Source: Guillardia theta CCMP2712 (Eukaryota > Protista > Cryptophyta). From it: 53,412 nt of DNA. The stretch covers positions 310,252 to 363,663 of the forward strand of contig NW_005434607.1 of the NCBI RefSeq assembly GCF_000315625.1. Reading direction: 5' to 3'. Of this stretch, positions 32,201 through 44,200 are shown one piece after another (position 1 is the first letter of the stretch; every line of letters begins with the position of its first letter). The translations under genes and the position numbers were made by a program. The notes beneath the pieces are model-generated. The model saw nothing but the letters and a program-made list of their open reading frames with translations, was not told where the DNA came from and did not search any database.

Positions 32201-35200
32201 CTCCTACCGACACGCATACCTCTACCACGCTCCCTGTCGCCTGTACGCTCGACCCTCCGTACTGCGCGATGCACCCTCCCGTCGACCCCAGCGACCTTCC
32301 TACCGAGATGTTGCTGCTGCTCAGCACTACCGTCGAGTTGCCCCCGCTGTACACCGCCCCGCCCTCCTGCCCTGCCGTGCAGTACTCGAGTACGCTCGCC
32401 GTCGCCTGCACGCTCGACCCGTCGTACTGCGCGATGCACCCTCCCGTCGACCCCTCGGACGTGCCGTTGACGATCTTGCTGTCCTCGAGGACTACCTGCG
32501 ACTGCCCGGTGCTGTATATTGCACCTCCGTTGTGAAAGGACAGAGTGGAGTTGATCGTACTGAATTGCATGGTTACAATTGACATTCCCTGTAGATAGTA
32601 TGCCCCGCCTTTGTTTTCAGCCGTTGCCATTGTGATGATAGTGTTGCTTGTGAATGTTTGTGATTTCTCCGTGCTGTAGATTGCGCCCCCCAATTTTGCT
32701 CTGCAGTTCTGTAATGTGCAGTTTGTGAGATGGAGATGTGCACCCTGATATAGACTGAAACATCCACCTTCCTGGACGATGAAGTCTCCGGCATCAATGA
32801 TCAAGTTGGAAACATAAACTTCTCCCGTGTAGATTCGAAGGAAGTGAGTCTGATTGACGCAGGTCACTGAAGTGCTGTTTTGCACTGTCCCTATCCTCAT
32901 GTAACGGTACGGGAATGAGAAACCACATGTGTCAGAGTATACTTCATCCAGAAACAAAATTTGAATGATCCCAGTCAAATTCCTCCTTAGCCTAGCGTTC
33001 CAGTCGTAGATCGTATGCAGGCAGATGATCGTGCCTGAGTTGTCATATGGAATCACAAACGGAGATGAGGCAAAATCATTTTTGGGAAAGCACTTATCGT
33101 AGACAAGATACTCGCAGATGTGATCAGGGCACAGATGGTGACAGAAGGTATTTCCTGTAGTGTTGTAAGTCCCCATTGTTACTAGACATGGGGTACAGGA
33201 GAAATTTCCAGCCTCAGATTTGTAATAGTCTACAGGGCATTCCACGCATGTCCCTTCCATGTCATAAAACCCAGGCTTGCAGACGCAACTTTCCATTCCT
33301 AAAGCACCGCGGAGTCGATTCGATGTCATGTTTTCTGGGCACGAAATGCAGCTTCCATCTGCTATCTTCAGAGAATTGTCCGAGTATGCGTCAGTTGGGC
33401 AGGGAATACATGAAGGTTCTGTCAAACTTGGAAATTTCTCCAGACCTATGTAAGTCAGGTTGGAGTTCAAGTTCCAGTAGATATGCCGAAAGGGAGAAGT
33501 AGCGATAATCCATTCCTCTGCAATCAAGGTGAGCTATTCAATGCTACAGTGAAGGAGAAAGCAAACTTACCGAGTCCATACGACATGCTGATGCTTGAAA
33601 AATTTCCAAGTTCTCTCTTGTTGTTCAGGAAATCAACATACTGTCGCAGCGACGAAATCACAGCCAATTCTTCATCAAATCTGTCGAGTCGTCCCATCGC
33701 CATACCCAGAAACAAGGAATTCTCTAGAGACAGGGTGTCTGGGCTGTCTGAATACCCGAAAACGATATCCTGACTTCCGAACTCCTTGGCTGAAATCAAA
33801 GTTGTGCGTACATAGTCGATGATTGCATTCGAATCTCCTAAATTTCCTGATTCCACGAAGAACAAGGCACCGAACACTTGCGCCTGAAGGGTATCACAGG
33901 CATCCAGCGTCTGATCAACCTTCTTGAAGCATCTTTTTTCGGCGTCCCAGAGTCGTAGTATCGTCGCGTTGAGTCGCTCCAAAGTCCACAGGATACTGGG
34001 GTCCGCAGTAGAATGGAAGCTCTCCCGAAGGGCGAAGAAGCCAGGAATCATATTGTGAACGGTACAATACTGCCGAGAATCTTTGAGAAACTCACAGGAT
34101 TGTAGAGCCTGAATCAACCAAGGGATCAATCGTTCGACAGATGGTGTGAACATGCTAGATTTGAAGATGGCGGCATGAAGAGCAAAAGCATACAAGCCGC
34201 TTGCTGTGGAGTAGAGCTGATCCTGGACTTGTTGGTCATAGCTCGAGAAAAATGATGTGTTCAGTTCCCGTACGTAGTAGGAATCTGCAAATGGCCAGAA
34301 CGGTCCAGCATAAATCGCCTGTTGCTCTATTCGATTCTCCAACTCTCGAAGCATCCCTTCAATTGTTTCATTGGTGTCCTCTCCCAATCCTGAAAGCATC
34401 AATGCTGTCACTCGGATCGAAAGTCGACTTGTTGGTAGGTCTGAGTAGTTAGAGGCAGAAAGGTTGAAAACGAAGTCTGAATACCACTGCTCAGACTGCA
34501 GCTCGTCGTACTGGAATGTCATCTTCCGAGTTGGGGCCTTGGGAGCCAAGCAAGCGTACCCGTCAGTTGCTGAACAGCCGGACTCGCATCCTCCTCCAAA
34601 CTCTGGATTGCAGTAGTGCCACCTCCAGGCTGGAAGGATCGTCGTGAAGGCAGAGAACTTGAGCAGTTGACACGAGGTCCACTCTAGCGGAGCATTGTAT
34701 ACATAGTTGGTGTTTGACATGCGCCTTGAGAGAATGCCTAATGGAGGGACGGACGGGAAGAAGGTGGAAATGTTGGCCGCGACGCCCGGTTGCACTGATT
34801 TGACAGATAGCATCTGAAACTTGTAAGACATCCATGGGTACCAGGAACCCATGGCAAAGCTGACGCTGTAATCCACACTGCTGTAAGAGCCGACGGTGCT
34901 CTGCTTGAAATCTCCTGTGAACACTTTCAGGAACGATTCCTTCTTGGAAGTTCCCAACAACCCGCTGACTCGAAAATTGATGTCGTTCTGCAGAGGGAAG
35001 TTTGACATCAAATAGGACGACAAGTAGCCGTCCTCACTCTGCTCAATCTCACTGAAGTCGAACTCATTGAAGATAAAATGTGTATCGATCGCCAGGTCTC
35101 CCTGAGTTGAGACTGGTCGGATTCCCCTTGCAAGACTGAGCCTGTAATCATAATCACTTTGCATGTAAGGATGCGCAATAATGTCGTGAGTGCCGTCTGC

Positions 35201-38200
35201 TCTGTCTACCATGACCCAGAGCTCTACGATCGTGATGTTTGCGAATTTCTCCGGTTTCGAGATGATCTCATAACCGGAAGCCTTCTCTTCGAACCCCAGC
35301 GTCAATTGAGATCCAGCAAGTGCATACAAGTTGGTCCCCCTGTATAAGCCCTGGAAGGGTGGGTCTGAAGGGATGGCCTCGTGGATCGATACGAAACCTT
35401 TCGGCTTCGCTCCATCCTCCGTGACAGGGTTGCTCCTCTGCCTCCATATGTTGTAAGCCCAATCCCCGAGCTCTGGCCAAGAAATCTGCAGGGCGGCTAT
35501 GAGTTTGAGAGTTACAAGCAAAAGTCAAGACAACCTTGAAAGTGAACAACGAATCGCTCGATCTGAATGACTCGACCTGCTTCAACCTGCTGAAGGAAGA
35601 GGAGGATATGTTGTCATCGTTGACACGATCCAGCCACGTCAGTGGGTCGTAGACCGGAAGGGATGAGTCAATCGTTTGCCTGAACATTAGCATCCAAGAA
35701 TCCTTGCAGTTCTTCAGTGTGTTTGCAGGAGGCTGTTTCTGCAGGTACAAGAAACTTGCGTCCATTGCGACGATTCCCTCATGTGACGCTGCCCTGTAGC
35801 AGAATGGTGAGATATGCCACAAAGGTGATGATGGCAGTTATGATAATGACAAGGCTGTAGGCAATGATTCTATTGATGATGATGATGATGCTGATGATGC
35901 TGATGATGATGATGATGCTGAAGATGATGATGATGCTGAAGATGATGGCGATGATGAAAGTGCGACTACCTGCACACTGCAGTTGATTCATTGTAGACGC
36001 CGTATCCTCGACAACCGTGGACATCGATGGAAGCATGGTCTTCAACCCGGAGATCGATGTTCGAGAAGATGATGCTACCAGTCCTTGTGCTGGTGGCGTT
36101 TCCACTCACGTTGTACCTGTCCGCAGGAGACAGGATGTTGCAAGAACTGTCAATACCAAAGTTTGCAGTCGAGTTCAGATATATCGCGCAGATGGACATG
36201 TTGAAGGAGAGCAGAAGGGCCCGTTGTCCCCCAATGGTAATCAATGACATCTGATCCACAGCTAAATCTCCAGTTCGCTCCTGAGAAACCGAAGTCTGAT
36301 AGCTCTCGCAGGGGAGTGTCAAATTTACATCTCCTGGACCTGTACAGAACAGGTTGAGGTATCCTACTGGATTGAAACTTGTCTCGCTCTCGCGGATGAA
36401 GAGCATTACATCATTGGTGGAAGTTGAAAGTGCAATGACATCAATCAGAGTGGACGGATTCTCGTATTGGAAGGTCGCAATATCTCTGATGTCGAAGTCA
36501 ACTTGGATCAGCGGCTGTGAAATCGCAGTGCAGGAATCGAATCGAAAGATACTCGAAGAGCTGGAGGAAGCAGACGTGAGGGCGACGTAGTCCACGTTTC
36601 TGATCTGCATGAAATGGACTTTGTTGGCAGCAATGGTTGTTGTCGACCATAGTTGAAACTTGTCGTTCTTGAATTTGAGTATTTGAACATCCACAGCTGT
36701 AGACACAAACAAGAAGTGAGTCCCGTGCGTTTGAGCATACGTGACGTCGTAGATCTCCGCCTTCATGCTCAGCTGCTGCATGGAAACAAACTCCTGTATG
36801 TACCACTTGAAAATCTCTAGGGTAGCACCATTCGACTCCATAGCCTGCACCAACAGATATGTCACACATTCACACGTCAAGAAAAATGTCAAGGCACCAG
36901 GTAAGGAGTCGTGTCGAGGACGAACAAGGACGACGCTTGAGAGCCGTTCATCCTTCGATGGAGGATCAGCTGTGGAGTTACGAAATCGAGAATGAACAGC
37001 TCGCTGCTTGTCTTGGAGCGGCCGAAGACAAAAGTTCGATTGGAAATCTGAAACCAGGAGACAGACTCGGTCGAGTTGCTCCTTCCTTCGGCGATCAAGC
37101 TGTAACGAGCGAGCCTCGTACCCATCTTGTATACTGAGATCTTTCGATCTGACTGGAAGTCAACAGCAAAATCAAATCCAACAATGAGAAAGTTCTTGTA
37201 GTCATTGCGAATGTTTGCTGGAGGTATCCACGTGGATCCTGGAGAGAAGGCAGTCGTCAAGGAGCATTCCTCGTAGAAGAGATAGCACTCGGAATCTGCC
37301 CTCCAAAACAGTGCTTTGCACAAAGATTGTGATTGCATACATTTTTTCATACAATCTTGCACGTCCTGCACATGAAGATATTCTGGAATGGACTGAGAGC
37401 ATACAAGGTTCGGATACTCCATCCAACTGTCATGCTGATGACATCCTCCAGGGCAATGAACGACGTAAGATTCATTGAGATCCTGCGTGACGAAGCTTGA
37501 AGGCTTGCTGTCACAGTGCAAATACTTGACATCGAGCTCAAACAATCGCCTTGCAGTTTGGACGGGTTGGACGCAGAAAAAATCGAGGAAGTCACAGGAG
37601 GCGTTCCTGGTCTCAGAGCTGGTGAAGTATGCGTACGCCTGCTTTGTGGACAAGAATGACTGGTCAGGGATCACCACCATACTTGCATTGATGACGTGGC
37701 ATGCCTCCAATGACTGCGAGAACTGCAAGATGTGTATGACATCAAAAGATTCAGTAACTGTTCCGACCTGGTCGAACCCTTCTGTCTGCACGATCTTCAA
37801 GATACCCATGCCACCGATCCCAATCTTAGATGCGACTGGAAGAGGAGAGTTGAGAACGAAGGACAGGTGCATCTGAACGTAAGAGAGATTGTTGGTCCAT
37901 GTGTTGAGCTTCACTTTCAAGCTCACGATCTCGGGTTGATGATATGCTATTGAATCTGTTTTGAACATGTCAAGCGTCGCAGGTTCCATTTTAATCCAAC
38001 TAGTGTTGAGACTGCTCTTCATCTCTATGGACACGTTCAAATTTGCCAGATCGAAACAGTTCGATTCCAGAGCGAACGTGAACGTGGTATTCTGATTTGC
38101 CAGGATCGGGAAAGGAGCAGAAAACACAAGCCCTTGGTCGTCGAACCAGCTCGCAAAGATCGTTCTACTGACGACCATCTTACCTAACGCGTAGGTACCG

Positions 38201-41200
38201 AACGAGAGGTTTAGACTGGTAGAAGTTTGCCTGTACGCCACGTCCAACCCCTTCAATGTGATTGCAGAGTTGTTTGGTAGGTTGACGCTCGGTTGAAGGG
38301 TAACGTAGAAGTTGGTCCTCCCCGCTCGTATCACTTGCAAGTCTCGACGGACCCATCTTCCGACATTCCTGTTCCGCTCGATGAAGTACCGATCGCACTT
38401 AAAGACCATCGGATACTCCACAGACAAGAATCCAGTCCTCGTATTGTTCATTCCGATATCCGCCAGCTCAGCCGTGATTAACATGGAGAGGTTCTGAGCT
38501 GGGATGGAGCTGGGACCATTGGTGACGATGAAGTTTAACTCCATCATTCCAGCTGGAATGTTGCTTTGCGCCTTTGACTGTAACGTCAAGACTTTCATAT
38601 CATTCGACCAGAACGCCTCTTCGTCGAACACACTGCTGTTTGGTCCGCAGACAGTGACGTTAGGAGCAAGATCAAGGAGCTGGAAGTCATGTATAGCAAA
38701 AGAGAGGCGCTGGAGAGCTTCGGGAACGTGGACGAATAAGTTGAACTGTATGCTTGCCAACGGAGAGCAGGAGGAAACGACCACATCCGTTAATGCGGGA
38801 AGACCGGAGCATGCCATTGCGCTGCATGCGATAGAGTTGTGGTGAGTTGCAAAGGGTCCATAAGTGACGCTGTCTTTGACAAGATATGTTTCCAGCGACG
38901 GAAAGTTTGCAGAAAGATGATACGGAGGAGTGAGAACAATGTAGGCCGACAGGTTGAAAGTGTGTGTCTGATCAGGGAGAAGGCAAGTCGAGACTTGTAC
39001 CTTCAGAATTCTTCCGACCTCATTCCATTCAACCAAAAACTCAGAAGTACTGGTCGACGCGTCGAGCCCCAGAAAGCCTGGCAAGACAAGTAGCAGTTGA
39101 TCTCCGGGCTGCAGATCGACGTTCGATTGTATGGCCAATTTCAGCTCGTTGAACCCGAACGGCTCTCTGACCTCCATTGCAACCTCCGAGCGAAGGAGCT
39201 GGGGGAGGTCGTGCGAGTTGAAAACTGCAACTTCAGGAATGATGACGTCACCAAATCCTCTGGTAACCCCGGTAATCCTCACATCAATCTGGTTGGCTGG
39301 CTGGATCCTATCGGGATTTCTGACGTCAAACTCTAGCACGACGACAGGGTCTGAGATGAAAAAAGCATCCCCTGACGGCTCTGGGAAGATCATAAGGATA
39401 CCGTCGTCGTTCCAGACACCATTCCAAGAGGTTCGATTGTCCTGTGATCGCACCACTACTATGTTGTTGCTGGTCAAGCTATGAAAACCTCCAAGTCCAG
39501 ACAGAATGATTGAGAAAATGCTCTTGTCATCTCCGATTGGAGAGTTCAGCGCGATGCTCATAGTAAACTTGTTCACTCGGCGACATAAGGAGGTTTCCCA
39601 ATGCACTAGGACATTTCCGATCCCGCCTGTCGAGTCGCACGTGAAGAGGTTCGCCTGGATCTCAGCTGGACCTGCCATCGTCACATTCTCAGTCTGAAAC
39701 GCCCGGACTTGAACAAGGGAAGACTCGAGCATGGAGGGGATATGATTCTTCGCCTCAAAGCCGACGACGAGCTCCTCCCCCAGCTGGAGAGCTGAGAAGG
39801 GCCCGACTTGAATCTCCTTCTTGTACGGATCCCACGAGCCAGACACCTCAAAGGCCTGTGTGTTGCCGATCTTGACAGAAGCAGGCGCGTAGAGGAACCA
39901 ATCATCATGAGACAGAGTAGGGATAACGATGGACAGGAAGAAGTCTTGGAGAGGGTAAAGGTTGGGGGAGACAGTGATAGAGACGTAGTTTGAAGCTCCG
40001 CAAACGGTCGATACAGGGCAGGCACTCTGCTTGCACAGAGAAGAACTGAAAGAGAGGAAGAGGGAGTTCTGAACGACCTTGAGCACTCTCCCTTGAGGAA
40101 CCAACATCAGGTTTGTGACGTCAGCATTCTGAAACTCGGCAGACACCCAAGGGATCACTCCTTCCGAGGCCTCTAGCCCGTTGGTCAGAGTGAAGGAGAA
40201 GACAGTGTCCTCATCGATGGGCAGGGAGGACGGGGACGTGAGCTGGAACACAAGATTTCCCTGAGACTGTGACCACCACAAGGAGGTGTAAGAGAACCAT
40301 GGTGAAGAGTCTGAGACAACGACGTCCCCGTCGGGAGTGAGAGATGAAACAAGGCCGGAGACTGTCAGGTTCAAGGCATTTTGCAGTTCGAAGTTGGGCC
40401 TGAGAGTGACAGTGAGGATGTTTCGACTGCCAGCTATGTGATTGCTGTGCGTGATTGAGCGGACGATGAAGGTGGGAGCATAATGTGTCGAGCGGATGAA
40501 GAGTTCGCCCTCGTCAGCAAGAGGATCGATGGAGGCTCCGTCGTTCGTGTAGTGGAGTTTGATCATGAACCTTTTGACCTGTTGCCGCAAGTGAGATTGT
40601 GAAGCAAACAAACAATACAACTCTTACCATGTTGAGGTCAAGCGATACGCCCGGCAGTTTGATGTTCACCATCTGGACATTCTCGCTGTTGTCCTTCCAA
40701 ACAATCATCCCTGAAGTTGTGAAGAAGTTGACCCCTCCGATCGCAGAGTCGTCCAGCGTTGACCAGAAGACTGCCACGTCACCCACTTTGCATCGATGGA
40801 GCTCAACGCCGACTGAGATGAAAGTCTCATCCTCAGGCGCGTAGATGACAAGGTCTTCCTGCCTCAGCCGCACGTAGCCCAGTCCTGCTGAACAGTCCAC
40901 CACAGTGAACTTCTCCACGACCACCGAAGAGCTGGGGGAGCAAGAAGGCAGCTGGTGAAACGAGCGAGGAAAGAGATGAGCTGAGAAGTTCAGCTGGACT
41001 GTGTTAATGCTCGAGGTCCATGGGTGTAGCGCTGCGTCAAACTCAACGGCCTTTGACCGCATGGAACCCCACGAGAAGGTCAGCCTGTCAAGCAAGACGT
41101 TGCTGGTGACATCGGCAATCTCAAGTGTTGACAAGACATCAACTTGCGATCGGAGGTACTCGAAGGAATCCTGCGTGATTGTGATTTGCACCATGGTCGA

Positions 41201-44200
41201 GCCCCCGATGGTAACGGAGGAGGAGCTGGTCTGCAGGGTGAAGCGGAAAGGAGAACCAGCAAGAACGGATTGTCGGAGCATCGTGACCCTGGCGACCTGG
41301 TAGGGGGAAGACATGAGCAGGTCCAGCTTCGGCTTGTTTCTGCTGCAGTGAGACCTCCCGCAGCTTCACAGAAACATCTTGAACTTGCGTCGGCATGACG
41401 TCAGAGGCAGTGAAGATGGAGATGAGGGTCCTAGGGTCATCGAAGGCAGGAATGGTGATGTTGTTCGACGCCAACGGGGTGTCGGATCCGTACACGTCAC
41501 TGCCAACTATCTCATACCCGACAGTGAGCTCTGATGAGCTGCGCACGAGCTTCTTGAACGACAAGGATCCGACGCCGTCGCTCTCGGACAACTTTGAGTC
41601 TCCAAATGCCTGAAACAGACCTTCCCCAACATTCTTCGACACCTTGACAAACATGGAGGGAGTCAACACAGCCTCGTCTGTCGACACGTAGGGATTTCCC
41701 ACCGAGAAATTCAACAGATTGTCACAGTACGAGGAGGTGGAGATATCGTGCAGGTGGATCGTAAAGTTCGCTTCAAACGATTCTCCACACATCTCCTTGA
41801 ACAGCAACGGGATGAACCTTCTTGAGTTGTCACCGTCAAACCACATGATTCTCCCAGCTGTCTGCCCAGCATATAGGTCCCTCAGTCCCGGGCTCATGTC
41901 TATCTCATAGTCCACGATGAGAGGAGTCTCCGAGCCCGCCAGTCGGTCAACAGGAACAGAAAAGGCTTGCGGCGAATCAGGAGCAAAGAGGTATCTTTCC
42001 TGGCTGACAAGGATGAAGTTGGAGGCCTTTGCCGTAACTTCCCACCTGTGGTACTGAAAGTTGGTACAGGGACTTGGTCCATCAGCGACGATGAATACAT
42101 TGAAAAACCGATCGCTGGTCTTGTCCCAAAGCGAAATGACCTTGGCCTCATGCAGGAGCTGCACCGAGGTGCTGGAGCACAAGGGAGAATAGTCCTCCTT
42201 CCTTGAAGATTCTGCGTCGTCCAGTGACAGAAACAGATCGTCGAAGCAACCAGAACCAGTTGACGACTGGTAGGCAGCGTTGTACAGTGAGCAGTCGGAG
42301 GCATTCCATGCTAACCAGGAGGCTGTAGAGATCTTGTCAAATACTTGACTTGAAGGAACAGTAATGTTGAGATGATCCTTGTAAATGATCTGAGCAGAAG
42401 CGATGGTGAAGGGAGCTGTACGTGAGTAGGACGGGAGATTGTCACTCCATGAGATAATCTTGACATCCACGTAGAAATCGCCCTTTGCAACATACAGTGA
42501 TATTGATTTCCCGGGGAGAACGCTTGCATTTGAAATCAAATCAAAGGCCACATAATCCTGCATCTTGGAAGCTACATAAGGGCGTGGGGAGAAGAGAATC
42601 TCGTGCTCTAGGACGTTGAAAAATCCAACAGATTGATTCCAGGCCAACCAGAGATCATCATTGACGTAGTCGATCGCAAGGAAGTCAGCTGAGAAACTCT
42701 CGGAACAGTCAGGAGAAACCTGCAGGGAGCAGTTGTGAGCTGAGAAAAGGGCGAGCTGACAGCTGGAGGGAACAGCGTCATGAGAGAGATTAAGAGTGTC
42801 GAGACGCTGCTGCCCTTTCCCGGTGCTACAGCAGACATGGCGGGTGCTGGAGTACTGGTACGCCGGTCCGAAGTAGATCAAGGGATAGTTGGAGGGGTAA
42901 ACACCCTCAGCTGAGAATGAAACTTGGCCCCTGTTTCTGATGTCATCGTCAACAACAACTGTAATGGTGTAAGAATTTTTCTCGTCGATGGTGGACCTGT
43001 TTGAAGCGTCAAGTGCTACTTTCATACATCTTTTCAATCGTCCATGAATGTAGCTGTTGTCTCCGTTGACTGTGACCTCAACGACCTTGTCTGACTTGTC
43101 CTGGTCTGTCCATCGCACCTCAGCATGTAAAGGCAAGTAGTCTGTTCCCTCGATCGCAGCGACTGTATCATACTCAAACGAGCAGCCTGACGTGCTAACT
43201 GTCACACTTAGCTCTCCATTGGCTCCCCCGATCCTCTGAACGGTATAGAAAATCTTCTGCTCTCCATTTGTCTCCTGCACGAAGTACGAGCTGCTGAAGA
43301 TTCTCGCCTGCCCGCCTCCACTCACTCGCTCGATCATCACAACAGCTGACGTGCAGTTTCCCCCTCCCACACAGCCTGTCATCAGCTGGGGCTCCCACAG
43401 GGGATCAACCAGGTTCAGTCTAGCATCGAAGGATCTCACGTCGAACAGCTCGACCCCGAAGGCAAGGTGGGAATAGGAAGACTGCCAGGAAGTCTCATGC
43501 ACTCTGAAGCTGATGTGCTTGTCCGTTGACTCTGCTTCACTCCACCTCAGCTCGCCGTACACTTCGTCGACAGCCCCTGCTGCTGCTGCGTTGCTGTAGC
43601 TGGTGGGCACGTAAGTGACGCAGTCCTGCTTCTGGCACGAGGTACCAAGATAGCTGGAGTTGCAGGTGAGGCTGGCATTGGAGCCTTGGATTGTGCCAAA
43701 CATCGAGATGTCGCGGGAGATCTCCTGCTTTGGCATGTATATCCGAAACCGCACAGCAAGATTTGAATCTGCGCCGGAGATCCGGGACAAAGTCAAGGTG
43801 ACCTGTCGCACGTCCTCGTCTACCCACAGGAGCGAGTCACGGAACACGATCTTGCCCTGCCTCGCAACCGTCTCCTTGAAGACAACCCGAACCGAAGCCA
43901 CGTCGGGGTCTACCATCATCTCCCCCGTTGCGTTGTAGATGCTGATTGTCAGCTCGTTCAGCAGGCTGGTGTAGGTCGTCGAGCTGAGAACCTCAAGCTC
44001 GACTCTCTTCGCGCTCAGATCCTCCGCTCCCCACGTCAGCATCATTGTGGTATTGGCCACCTGAGCAGAGGACATTCGCGTCCGAACCCACACTGATGAT
44101 GGTCCACTGCCAGCGCTCCGGTTGACGTAGAAGAAGATCTTGCTGACGTCATCAGGCACAACACCTTGGAAGGCCACCGGGAGGAAGAGAGAGAAGAGGC

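Noticed and set aside
31357-32516. Possible CRISPR-like array
   Set aside because: No unique spacers. It is a continuous coding tandem repeat in a eukaryotic gene.
31234-32535. Long alternate-frame (401 aa) and antisense (419 aa) ORFs over the 330-bp repeat
   Set aside because: A single stop-free GC-rich unit repeated in frame gives long shadow ORFs. They end close to the repeat edges.
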